Assembly (NCBI RefSeq): GCF_964204645.1
Contig: NC_134025.1
Span: forward strand, 29,678,299 to 29,742,298
DNA length: 64,000 nt
Source: Tubulanus polymorphus
Taxonomy: Eukaryota; Animalia; Nemertea
Reading direction: 5' to 3'
The notes under the pieces were generated by a model that saw only the letters and a program-made list of their open reading frames with translations, was not told where the DNA came from and did no database searches. The stretch's first letter is position 1; each line of letters opens with the position of its first letter. Shown piece after piece: positions 23,601-36,684 of the stretch. A program made the translations under genes and the position numbers.

Positions 23601-26600
23601 GGAATGTTTAATAACTGCTGTCACTCGTCATAAAGCAGTTAGAACTTGAAACCCTCTCGATTAAAATCATTTAGAAATTAGATTTACATTTAAAAAAGGG
23701 TTGCGTACTGTGAAGTTTGAACGAAGTAGAATTGTTTGTTGAAAATTTCAATGGGCGTCTAGAGGGAGGAGCTCAGGTGACCGGCCTTTTTATTTGTGTG
23801 CGTCTATGTGTACTGTTATTACGAGTTGTAAATATCGTTATCAAACGTTAAAGATTTCATCAGAAAACATTTTCCAAACTGTTTAAATTGTTGTACATGA
23901 ATTTATACGTGTGAAATTAACGTCGTTATGTTATACCGAGTATGAGGTTTGAGTGTAACGTGTTTGCTATGATAAGTTATATCAAACGAACGAACGCAGT
24001 AGATCTAGTGCTCTCAATGAGCGGTATGTTATATACTGTATTCTACACCAGTCGGCGGCTGTCTGCTCGGTGTAGTGGTCGTTATAAACGCTTCATTATC
24101 ATAAGAATCGGATTCGTTCGTGGCAGGCAGTCCTTTCTCATGAAAGCTCCGCCATGTTTGAATGAGTCGGGAAGAACCGGGGAGGTGTACAGCCACGAGC
24201 TACGCAGACAACTCGACAAAGATCTAACGCCGTCTGCTTAATGGTCCTCCCCTATTTCGACCGGCAAACTCGGCGGTTCTCTTTGTTTTCGAAGTGCGTT
24301 CTGTCACAAAAGCGCGTACACTGCCTCTTAGCTATGAATTCGTTGTGACTAATGAAATGACAGATTTTCAAACTGTGAACCCTTCTCTCTCTTCCTCTCT
24401 ATAATCAGTTTCTTTTGAGAACGAAATCCTTTTGCCCATTTTATGAAGTTAGAAAATTATTTTTAGCATTTTTCGGAAGAAAAGAATTTCGTAGTTGCCA
24501 ATATTTTTATGAACATCTTGTAAATATGCAATCTTTGATTATAAAGAAAAAAATATCATTCAGATTCTATCAAGCCTAGGCTAGATTCATCTGTGAGATC
24601 CATGATTCTTCCTCAAACTGCTATAAATCAGTTCACTGGTTTTAATAGTATATATAGAATATTAATCAGTAATTATTGAAGTACTAAACTAAACCGGTTC
24701 ATAAAATTTCGTCCGAACGTCTCACTTCGTCTATATGGAAACCGTTACTGGCAGAAGTTTTGATGGGAGAATTCTTGTAACTCTTGAAATGATAGAATTA
24801 AGTCACCACCAGCCCTCAATACCCGCTGAATATACCAGTCTTCAATTAATTATAAATGTTAATAAGGTGAATGTTTTATTTCGATTAAGGACAGGCAATA
24901 CCTGAGACGAGCGCCGATGGGACGACGAAATGGCAGGTTTTATCCACGGCGAATACGACTGTACAAAATCCCGTCGGTAATATGAGTCCTTCTCAACCCG
25001 CTTTAAATATCGATCAGGGAACGCCATCTACTGGACGTAGGCTGCGTCGTGTTGCGTGTACGTGTCCGAACTGTCGTGACGGTGATGGACGGTAAGTGAT
25101 CGATGATTTATTTATTACTGGCGTCCGTCGGTTAGAAGGCAGTATTAATTTGAAGGTAGAGACATCGAGGATATGCGCGACTGGCCTCGAGTCAACAGCC
25201 CTGAATCCTCTTGCATGGATTCGATGGACGCCTCAGATTATCACGTGCCCCGTCTGACAATATGTTACATATTTTCTGACTACAAGTCATCATGATGATG
25301 ACCTATCCCTGCTCCGACCTGTATCCCTGCTCCACCTATCCATGCTCCAACCTATCCCTGCTCCAACTGCCCTGAATTCATATTTCATAGAAAGAATACG
25401 ATATTTCAAATTTATTGCACCCACGAGATCGAGACAAGCCGAGTCTACTACTAAACTATTATACTGTCCTTTATTCAGTTAATTCAAGAGTGTTTATTGT
25501 AAGCCTGCTGTATATATAGCCATGCAGGCGATACCTCTCTCTCTCTCTCTCCCTCTCTCTCCCTCTCTCCCTCTCTCCCTCCCTCCCTCTCTCTCTCTCC
25601 CTCCCTCTCCCTCCCTCCCTCTCTCCCTCGTGCAGCCTGTCATTTTCGCACGTATTAAATAACCTCTGTTAATTCTAATGATATGATTATAAATGTTTCC
25701 CTCCCCTTCTCCAGGTCGCATGTATTTCAATCTCTCAATTGATAGCTGTTTAATGAGCAGGCATTAATTTGCTTTATTCAAATCTATGTAAGGTAGAAAT
25801 AGAGTATTGGAGTCGGATAGATCATGGACTCGAGTCCATGGATAGATTGAGTAGAAATAGAATATTGAAGGGTTGGTTTATAATGATAATACGCATGTAC
25901 GCCTAGAATAATATTTATTTGCCCGATTTGTGTTCAGTGTTAATAGCTCAGCTTTCTCTACTTCACCAGATAGATATACGTCCTTCCTTCAGATATATAA
26001 ATCAAAAACCACGTATCATATAGGCCCCATTACCTCAACATCTGTACATCCTAGACAGGAATAGATTAGACTAGATGATCATTTATTTATTTTTTTCAAC
26101 CTTTTTTTGTATGTAAAGTATAATAGCACGGACGGACGGGACTGTACTAGCACCTTCCTCCCTTACTGCGTACGTAATAACCCGTGGGCAGAGATTCCGA
26201 TCTCATGAATCCGTTTTCATTTTCAGTAATAAAGATAATAAAAAGAAGCAGCATATTTGCCATATCCCCGGCTGTAATAAAGTTTATGGTAAAACCTCTC
26301 ACTTGAGGGCGCATTTAAGGTAGGTTTGAGCTTGTTCTTTCAGTGAGGGTAGTCGTAGAATATAGCCTACCTATGTAAATTGATTTCTTTGGAAAAAAAA
26401 TGCAAATATTGCTAGAAACTGAGTAAAGATACACGTATAGATCAGAAATAAATAGATAGGGGTGAATTGAAGTTTGGTCCGTTTATTTAAACTACGATAC
26501 CAGTATCAAAGGGTGAAGTGACCATTTTTTTACCTGCACTTATTATTGATGTCCCACTTCGATGAATAATTCTTTTTTAAACTTTACATTCAACGTGTAC

Positions 26601-28153
26601 AATTAAAACAGTAGAACCCGCTTAATTCAGATCATTAGGAATGAAATTCATTCAGTTTATGAGAAATCTGTATTAAACATCATGCGATCATTTATGTACC
26701 TGGTATAAGTGGACGACCATAATTATAATCTGAATTACCGATAGATCAACAAAATCCAGATTTAATTAACTGATCCGACTGAAGCGAGATCGACTTCGTT
26801 AAATAAATGCATTTTTTTTCGATGAATGGTGATAATTAATTGATGATTGTTTAATTAAAGGTGGCACACCGGCGAACGTCCGTTTGTTTGTAGCTGGTTA
26901 TTCTGCGGGAAACGATTCACGCGTTCCGATGAATTACAGAGACATCGTAGAACACACACTGGTAAGTGAGGTTTCGTCGTGTTCTATTGTGCTGCGGTTA
27001 TCAATAGGATTTAACTGTTTATTGCGTTGTATCCGTTTCAGGTGAAAAACGATTTCAATGTCCTCAGTGTTCAAAACGATTCATGAGAAGCGATCATCTT
27101 TCCAAACATATCAAAACACATCAAAACAAACGGCCAGCCGGTGAAAACCAGGAAGGTGAGTCGATCGTGGCGCCATCTATCCGTAAACATCGATATCAAT
27201 AAGCTAGCTCGATTGAAATTCCTGTTGAAAAAGTTAACTGGAAGATCGTCGACATAATGGCCATTTAGATTTTGTTAATACCATTTGAGCAAACCCACAG
27301 TTGATTATATAACAGTTTATTCTGGCATACTCATTAACATACTCATACATCATATTTCTGAAATACTAAGATTAATATCAGTCTACCAACCTCCTGGTAT
27401 TTGTCCACTGGTTTAACAAACCTTTGAGCAACTGGTCACTGATGATGGCTGTTCGTAAACGGCTTAAATGTCGCAAAATTGCCACTATTCGATCAGTTAG
27501 AAGCATTTCGTGGCTAGTTCAATATTCCCTGTACGATTACGATTTATTTACACTCCAACCATTTCCATGGTATATGGAGGAAAACTATTACACATTTATA
27601 TACAAATATTTACAAAACAACACTGAAGTGATAAAAATTTAGAGAATGAAAACGTTACATCAACTATTTACAATACTATATATACTATTGGAGGGATCTA
27701 TATACATCTAAGCCGGTCTTAACGAATTTAGCTAAGTTGACCGTTGGGTTTTTCAGAATATCACTCATTTAGGGGTAGCGCCACTTACCTTGAAATCGGG
27801 GAAAACTTGGGGAATCTCCTTTTCGTTAAACAGTTTCCATCTACCGGTATGTCTTATGTATTTGACTGTGTTAATTGGCTGGATGAGCAGATCAAGTTGG
27901 GTAAAACAACATCAGGAAGAAGCAATTCTAATAAAAGTGGTGACCTGTCATTGATCGTGGAAATTTTCCAATTTCAGCCGGTGTCGATCTAGAAATAGCA
28001 GTAGATACAGGAGAAGGTGAAAGTATCGGTGAAATGGATGCGATCGGAACTGATGAAGACGACGAATTAAACCAGTCTCATTTAGATGAAGAAGGCGCTT
28101 TATCGATAGAGGGCGCTGATATTAAACCTAGTATTGAATTACATATGGTGTAA
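20625..28153 (+). CDS. Sp1-4: Sp1-4 class (Sp1/Sp3/Sp4-like) C2H2 zinc-finger transcription factor, 7 coding exons
   Basis: Exons 20625-20678, 20777-22547, 24890-25091, 26227-26319, 26861-26961, 27042-27155, 27978-28153 (TAA). Sp box [14 protein letters not shown], long Q-rich activation region, Btd box [13 protein letters not shown], and three fingers: [73 protein letters not shown]. Confidence 0.95.
25302..25367. repeat. Short tandem repeat of about 15-17 bp (acctatccctgctcc), about 4 copies
   Basis: Read directly from the sequence. Confidence 0.75.
25535..25629. repeat. (CT)n/(CCCT)n polypyrimidine microsatellite in an Sp1-4 intron
   Basis: About 95 nt of C and T only. Confidence 0.95.
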
Positions 28154-28836
28154 CACGATCCGTACAGTTCGTGATGATAGCGCCATCTATATGCCCGACT
28201 CGTGATAGTGCCGCGTGTCAGAATATTGTATGCATTTACAATTGTTTTGTTAATGACTTTCAGAAAACTGTTGATTTGTTTGTTGGATCCGGTTCCACAG
28301 TTTTGAGTCTATACAAGAGATGAGCATTTCAAAATCTGCCCTTTTTCAAATTAAGCGCTCAATTTCAATTTTCAGGAATCCCAGATTCATCGTAATCAAT
28401 TTAGAAAAGTCACTGTCTCAGTAGTCAAGAGACCCACAACATTGACGATTCACATCAAGAATTAGTCAAACGGATATTTCTGGGGAGATGCTGCAATATT
28501 GTCGATTCAGATTTTACCCGCGTAAACAAAACAGAAAATCAACGTTAATGATGTTAATTTTATTTGAAGCCGTACTCGCCATAAGTTGGCGTTGAATAAG
28601 TGTTCAGCTTATGGTGATCCCAACTACGACGATTGAAGGGAGTTTGACTGTAAATTAACTAATTGAACTCGATTCATGCAGTTACTGTGGAATCAGCTCC
28701 TCAAACAGAAACACGTTTATTTATCTATTCGTATAGATATCTGAATTCATTATTCTATTTATTGTGCAATCGTGACTTTGAAAATACTTTGTGAATCTCA
28801 TGATTCATTCCTGTCTCACTGGGGAAACAACGAGTA

Positions 28837-28959
28837 CAGTGGAACTCCATATAAAGAATATAGAATTTAGTCCCAAATAAGACTAATTGATTAATTTCAT
28901 ACCGGACGAACATATTTTCTGGTCGTGTGAAGTTTGCTGTTTGTAACGAGGTTCCACTG
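28837..28959. mobile_element. Tc1/mariner-pogo-type MITE in the Sp1-4 3' region (related copies at about 2806-2960 and 52801-52948)
   Basis: TA|CAGTGGAACTC ... GAGGTTCCACTG|TA, giving CAGT termini with a TA duplication. Confidence 0.7.
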
Positions 28960-30702
28960 TAGTCGGGTTTTTTTTAATATTATCACCTGGCTGTGAATAG
29001 TACCGGGTATATGTAATATAAACATATTGTGGTTTTAGATACTTCAAATGAATCGATGAATTTTTACGAAAAGTGCTATGATTGATGTATTATTACATAC
29101 TTAATGTATTATGAACTAATAATCATTGAAATTATATAGATATTGATTACTATTTATTACTGTATGATATGATTTATTGTACTGTCTATTTTTTCAATGC
29201 CTCATCATGTACTATACATTTTCTATATTATACAGAAATACAGATTCTTCTCTATAAAAAGAAAGAAATGAGTTTCATTTACCGGTATTTTCGATTAGGA
29301 TGTTTTGGATCTGCGTGTGTACTGAAGGAACTCGGGGGCAGATCTTGTGTTCCTGTCGAAATTTTCCCATGCTTGAGGAATTTGTATTAAAACCCCTGTT
29401 TTGGCTGTGCGTGGATATTTGCCCTTTTTAACAGTAGAAAAAGTCTTATTTTCCATTTCATTGTCCTCCTGGCAATGTCTACCCCTTGAACTAGCCCCAG
29501 AATAAGGAGTTCAGTCTAGCATTGACATTGCGTCCACCAAGGTCGAAGAGGATCCAATTTACTTGAAATATCAAACTGAAGTTTATATTGGTTAAAACTT
29601 AATATACATATATTTCAAAAATTCACAGAACAATTTTCTAATAGATAAACAATGATAGAAAGAACGATACACGACGGTCACATTACGAGGTTTTCATAGA
29701 AAACCTGGAAATGTTTCATACACGAATACAATAACACTTTACAAATAACTGCTGGTTATATCGAATAGTATACAATTTTATGTTTAATTTTCAGATTAAT
29801 ATCGATTAATTTACAAAAGTATATGTATCAAAGAGTCAGACATACAGTAGCGCCCCTCACGAGTAAACGTTGAATTACTCTGTAAATGTGCAGTAGCTAT
29901 CATACGAGCCTAAATCAATAAATCGCACATTACAGAGTAATCAATCGTTTTAAGTTGTTTCTATTATTAACACGCGGACTTTCAATGTCTCAAACGCAAA
30001 CATGCATTCCGTCAATTTCATCGCGGTAAAATTCACAACAGAACGTTCTGACAATTTGTCATAAGTTACGTATAAAAACAATTCACAATGGAATTACTAG
30101 TATTCATCCCCCAATATATGGGAAATATTTACACTTGAGAATCTGGCTCCCACGTTTTGGCTCTGAATCGTTACAGGACCTGTAGGCTATTTCTCTTCAT
30201 TAGAAAGTTCTAAAGCATTCTGTAATCAAATTCTGATTAAGTTCGATCGAACGGAAGTTCTTAACACCATTAACTCTCTAAGCTCTCTACAAGCCTGTGC
30301 ATTTAAACTAATTAAACACACTGATGCCCTTCAACTTCACATTTCTGCAGGTGTTTAAAGGGCACTTCACTGATTAATTACACGCAGGTTTATAAGAACG
30401 AGGGCAATAATAGGCCAACATATTCATTTATATCTAGACATCATTTTACAACAAGTTCATAGCAGATTTTATAACACGGGTTCTTATTCTACACGATTGT
30501 CAAAATTTCTGGAATCTCGGATTCTGTTCCCATCGGAGATGCATCATCATCATCCTCCAGGCCACCTGCTGCTGATGATGCATCGATCTGTTTCTGTAAC
30601 CTGATTGAATGAAGTGTTAAGGTATTTGCTCGATTGCGTCCAGGTACACGTAAGCAAGAGGTGACGCTTTTACATTGAATTTATGAAGACTGTTGTGACA
30701 TT

Positions 30703-32082
30703 TTACACGGTAGATCGCAATAATGGAGTTCCACTCGTACTAGTGAGTCTAGTTTCAGTGACCGCGGGCGATTGGGAGCAATCTCCTTCCAGTAACGGTT
30801 GCCATGGTGCTCCAAACTGTATCGGATGAGATGGGTCACCCATTAGTAATGCTGACCTATGAATACAATAAATAAAAATACCTCCTTATTAGCTTAAAGG
30901 GTGACGTTGATCGGTTTTGCTGAAGAGTTGTTGCCGCATAAAAACAAGAATCTCTGAAAATTGGTTTTATGCTGATGTAAATTCTCCATTGCGCTTAAAA
31001 AGTGCAATCCAAGGCATCTGATCCACTCTAAACTACGTGTGCACTTGAATCTTATAAAACCTAACGCGCCTTCGTCATCAGCATTTCTCTTTGAAATTGT
31101 TGTTGAAGTTCTCCAATCAAGCTAGATTGAATTTCAAGAGGTTCGCGACTAGAATTCCAATTATGGTACAAGTGGGATTCGTGAACTTTGGTAAATAACA
31201 CGACCGGTTTTCCACAATGAATAGTCGGAGCATTGACATAAGACCGCATCAATATTTTATGGTTTAACGGAAGCAAAGAAACATTTATTTCATGTAAGGT
31301 TGGAATGTGAACTGGTCCCAGGGTTTATTAATTCCGGACGTGCCTCTTTGAAGCATTAGAACCTCTTAAACCCAGACATGGCTTTCATCGGCTATGGGGT
31401 GAAGTTGGCGATTTCGGGGGGTTGGCGTCTTAGCGAGCCCCTAGATGTAGTTGATGAAGCCCAAAGAATATCAATTGATATCTCAAAACTAAACAGTTCA
31501 TCAACATATCTATTTTCGCATACTCTATTTTCTCTCAACCATGACGACCAGGAAATATAGCAACAGCATTAAAGAAGGATAATGAGTTACATACCGTTTT
31601 AAAGATTCTTGAATCGTAGATTGAGTCCCTCTTCGATCATTATTCAATCTAGTTAATTGTATGATGTTATTCTGTGTTTGAGATGATATGGATTGTCTCG
31701 GCGTAACGGTGTAAGTCTCGTTTCTAAATACAACAGTTTGACCGATCAATTCTGCTGGAAAATTCTCGCAGTATTGTAACTGTTTTTTCCTTGAGCAATG
31801 GCAAACGGTGGCTAGTCCGACTATAGTCATTAAGGCGCCCAGACCTAAGAATGCTGTCCACATATAATCTGCCCAGTATTCGGGCGCTACTAACATTATG
31901 GTCCCTGATGCGATAAGGCAAACTCCGCACATGAACACTAAAGCACCGAAAATGACATAGCATTCGTGGCAACAGCGACCATCCTGCTGGACTGCGTCAG
32001 AGTTTGTAAGTTGAGCATGGAGATTCTCAATAAATTTGTATTCGTCCATCGGTTCTTGGCACGGATTCGGACAATTACTCAT
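30703..32082 (-). CDS. Uncharacterised small membrane protein with two TM helices and Cys-rich juxtamembrane segments
   Basis: Coding exon 31595-32082 (TM1 YVIFGALVFMCGVCLIASGTIMLV, TM2 MWTAFLGLGALMTIVGLATVC) ends at a phase-2 donor (AAAACG|gtatgt). In-frame terminal exon 30703-30856, with an alternative at 30489-30600. Exon acceptor at 32305 and a probable non-coding first-exon donor at about 34863. Confidence 0.7.
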
Positions 32083-35000
32083 GATTGCTGTAATAGATTA
32101 TCTTATCACGATCCTATATAAACTATTCGCTCCATATTAGACATTTTCTGTTGTCAGAAGTTGCAAATGTTAACCATCTCTTCATCTTGGAAACTTCAGC
32201 AGGATTTTCGGAAGCTTGGCTCGGAGCGCTACTGAATTACGATGACGGGATACAGTTTTGCTCGGTATGGGAGCCGTATTGATCCGGTCGGGTGCTAGCA
32301 TGTTTCTGCAATGAAATAAAGCATGAATTGTTTGATGAAATTCACTAATATATAAGACATAAAAACAACTCTCAAGATGCGCCCTTTAATCGTGTTTTAT
32401 TGAAGAAGCTGTGACGTCAGTCAAGAAATAAAAGACGTTTGATCCCCGTAAAAAATAACTCATCAAATCAATTTCTACCGCGCCTTCTCCGAAAAAGATA
32501 GTAAGAGATTAGTTGATGTTTTCGGCGTTGCGCATTATTCACCAGTAGATGGGAAATCCGTTGTTGTGTTCTGCATCAGGATTAGTAGAGAAATCATTAG
32601 TCTCTCGCTGATTGAAATTACCAGTAATTATTGGAACCAAGCCGTGAAATACGAATAAAGCTACATAGCTCATGACTGACTGATAACCATCTCATTAACG
32701 TACGGCAGCTAATACAAGGCATAAATCTCTTAAATTTCTCCGAATGAAACCGGAATTGCTTCATTATCTCCAAACCGCGTAGCATTTCTACGATTTCGGA
32801 AATATAAAATCGTATAATATAGAGTGTGGAACGAGGATATTTTTCAAGAACGGTTGATACTTAATTCAAATATATAAGTGTAATATTCTCTTACATGTAG
32901 GAATTCGGGTTATCGAGGTAACATCTTTATCTTTATACTCTGCATAACTACAGATTCTTATTACAAAATCTAATAATACTGAAACAGAATATGAACAGAT
33001 TTATACGTATGTCGTCCATGTGGATATACTGCCGGTGATAAAGATATGAATGCGAGCAAAGTTTGAGGAATTTCTCATGAAGAAAATCACTCGATATATA
33101 TTCCCCTGGACCCGCAGCTTTTAACCGATAACAATGGAACCGGAACCAGATGTGTCCCCAGTTACTTTGAAGGAAAAAATTAGTATCACCAAAACGTAGA
33201 TACGGTATAGCACGATATTATAGAATGGCTTTAATGTCTGTATACGTAAATCGGAAATCCTGGTACATATTGATATTCGGACGATCGAATCTTCAATAAT
33301 CTCCAGGGAGCTTCGTTCACTAACCTCGCAACCACGAAAGGGAAACCTATGTAATTCATTTACTCTATTCGAAGTAAGATACCATATATCGCGGTCTTTT
33401 TCCGGCGATCAAAAATCCAATGAGGCATCTCTATCTCATATCTATGAATCTGTCATGCGATACTTGATCAGTCACGTCAACGACGAATGATATATTTCAT
33501 ATTTCTTCAAAGGTCCGATTGAGATATCAACGGTTAAGTGAAACCGATAAAGTCCGCGGAAAAGAAATAAAATTCTGATCTCCAGTTATTGAGGAGCGAT
33601 CGCTTCTGAGGAGCTCGCGATTTCTGATCAATATGCAAACGAGATATGGGAGAGACAGACACAGATGTGTCCTCGGGACATAGAGGTATTATCTCAGAGA
33701 TAATGATCAGATACAAACTGATATTTCGAATGTCACCATTCACGGTCGATATTCACAAAATCTACAACTCGGACCCCAGAGTTAGAAGTCAAAGGGCTAC
33801 TTAATTTTAGCCATAGCTTGATTGACCAGAATGGCCATAACTACACTCATCGCACGCTGGCTTGAATTCAGGTTCATAACAACAAATGGGAATTGCTTCT
33901 GTGGTTTTTAGATATCTTCTAATCTCTAAATATCGATGTCTGGTTTTTCTTCGAATATAATCCAAAGATCTATAAGCCGCAAATAGCGCTTCGGTAGGCT
34001 CGTCTGTCGTATCCATATCTTATCCAGGTTGCGTGGCCATGTAGGAATATCAGCTAATCGTATTCTAAACGCATATCTTGTAATCATATGGCAATTACTT
34101 ATAAGCTTATATAGATATTGAATTAACGATATTACATTAGATCAGTGCAGATCAATCAGAATCTAACGCTGTATATCAGTCAATAGACTCAGACTTGTCG
34201 CGTATACACTGTGTTAACCTTCCAAGAGGCAAACTCAAGATTTCCCCATGCAACATCTATAATAACCAACCTGTCATAAACTATTTATGAAAATAAATGA
34301 ATGCCGTGCGTAAATATTATCCGTGTATCGAGAATAGTAACACAAACCCTTTAAGACAAAGAAAGCTGTAAGATAATTTGGTGTAAACAAGTGTAAATAA
34401 ATAACCTATCGTGTATTTCTATCACACAACGCTGTGGGTACCTAAGTACTCTATGTTGGAAACCGACAGAAAAATACACCCTATAACTCTGTGTGAGATC
34501 TATTCGCCGAGAAAATTTGATAAGAAGATTCGATAAATAATTCAGAAATATTCGATTGAAATTGTGACCGTGAAAGATGTTCCCATCCTCTATAATGATT
34601 CGTTTGTTATTTTTATTATTCAGTTAAGAAATGAGCGCATGCAGCGTGCATCGACGATTCAATTTCAAAAACATGTTCTTGGGGACGTATTTAATCCAAA
34701 TCCATCGCTGCTGCGCACTGAATAACGAAGCAATCTGGACGTTGATATATCTAGTACTTAATCATTAATTTCATCAATCACAATTTGAAGAAAAACCTGA
34801 ACGAATGAAATCGTGTTGCAGCAAACACGAACCGATGTTGATGCGATAGAAATTGCTCTTACCGTTTTATTGTTAATACATTCACATCACACACACACTG
34901 CATCAGTACCACTACATCATCAGTACACACCGGCACCAACCCGATAAATTTGAGTCAATATCAAATGTTGCTTTGGCAGTAGAGCGATGCAAGCGGCATT

Positions 35001-35321
35001 TCCCGCGTATCGCGGCGTCGAGGAGTTGCGGTCTCCTCTCTCGTTATTGCTATTTGCGACACCAGCAATGCATTCCGATACATAAGAGATTTCAATTCCT
35101 TCTCATTCATCCATGCGCCTCAGACTCGAATTTTGTCGTCAGAGAAAAGATTCAGATTTATAGAAAATATACTCACATTTAAAGCCGAGAGATGAATTCT
35201 TCACAATGAAATGAAAGTCAAAAGAAGCATTTGTTTTAGGAATAAGAATAGGACTGTAATCGAAGTACCGGATCCGATGAGATACGGGGTCGGTCGGTAG
35301 CCGCGGCGCGATGTGCACCAG

Positions 35322-35447
35322 GGGCCGGTTGCTCAAAAGTTGGTTAGATCTAACCAGTGGATAGTTGATATGGTGACAATTGAAATTTCATTGTTACTAT
35401 GGTATTTAACGACTGGCTATCTTTAAACAACCTTTGAGCAACTGGCC
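35322..35447. mobile_element. Harbinger-like MITE, GGGCC...GGCCC ends with a CWG target (related copies at 39891-40010 and, partial, 27392-27440)
   Basis: cag|gggccggttgctcaaaagttg ... caacctttgagcaactggccc|cag. Confidence 0.75.
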
Positions 35448-35602
35448 CCAGCCCGTTAAAATTGCGGATACTGTGTTCACGGTTAAAGCTTATACTTAAA
35501 CTCGGTCTTGCGACGCCGTGTCGATGGCTTGCACCAACAGTACAGATGCCTATACATCGATAGAGGATTGCACTGAGTTGCATTCAATGTGCTGCATCAA
35601 TA

Positions 35603-35766
35603 CCGTAAGGTGCTGCCGCTATGCTCATCGTTAGCGGAATTTGCATACACTAACACGAACTGACTCTGGCAATCAATGTGCTGCTTCATTACAAACTTGC
35701 CACAGTCGACAAGTGTTAGTGTATGAAAAATCCGCTAACGACTAGCATAGCGGCAGCACCTTACGG
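35603..35766. mobile_element. Palindromic MITE, same family as 859-1012
   Basis: ccgtaaggtgctgccgctatgctcatcgttagcgga ... tccgctaacgactagcatagcggcagcaccttacgg. Confidence 0.8.
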
Positions 35767-36684
35767 GGTTCAGGGAAGCGATAGGCGTGTATCGGGAAAT
35801 CGGTCATGACGAACATATTTTGTAGACTTCTGTAGTCTGTCGAGATTCCAGTACTGTATCAGTGCATGAAAATCCACTAAGTACCCAATGGTGTTGTCAA
35901 GAACCAAAATAATTATCATTTTTCACTTAGTATGGTCAATGCAAAGGCAAGTTGATCATCATTAGTCGATTTGTATCCTTTCCTCTCCTCAGGGATCGTG
36001 TTATTCAAACAATCCACATTCACATATAAAATATAAACCATAGATATTTACAGACAAGAGCACTGTTTATTGTTAGTATTTTACATGTATCCAGATTACA
36101 ATAGATCAGTTTTTTATGTACATCACAAAACAACATCTCATGTAAATTTTCCGGTAATCATAATCAGTACAAAATGAAATCAGACCCAGTTCCATGAATC
36201 TTGATCTCTGTTTTGACGCTTAGAGCTAAAATTTGTTCACCTCAAAAAAGTTTTTTCGTAGAGCTAGATCTGACGCCGCCACATCTTGATGCAAACATGC
36301 TTTCATAAATGCTGTTTTCCACATTTGTTTTCACATATGACACATTGTTGATATCAACTTGAAAACGTTAATCTTTTTAAATTTGATTACTACCGATACA
36401 TCTTTATAGAGAAAATTGACTGAATAATAAAAACTGTACATTTTCCACGACAATTATCTGCACCTTAGACAGAAGACACGCTATAATAGTGACAACGCTA
36501 CAGATTCCCAGCAACTTCAATGTAAATTAATGAACCAGAACCACAAATAACTTCTACATTATTTACATCATCTCATTTCTAAAATCGATTCGTTACTCTA
36601 TGAAATGAAAGCCGTTTAATCAACACCAGGTAGCGATGATTCAAATAAGAATTGTCTGCTTGTTGACGCACGCGCACCGGACGC

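Noticed and set aside
25494-25730. RE/GR-rich ORF
   Set aside because: It is a translation of the CT microsatellite.
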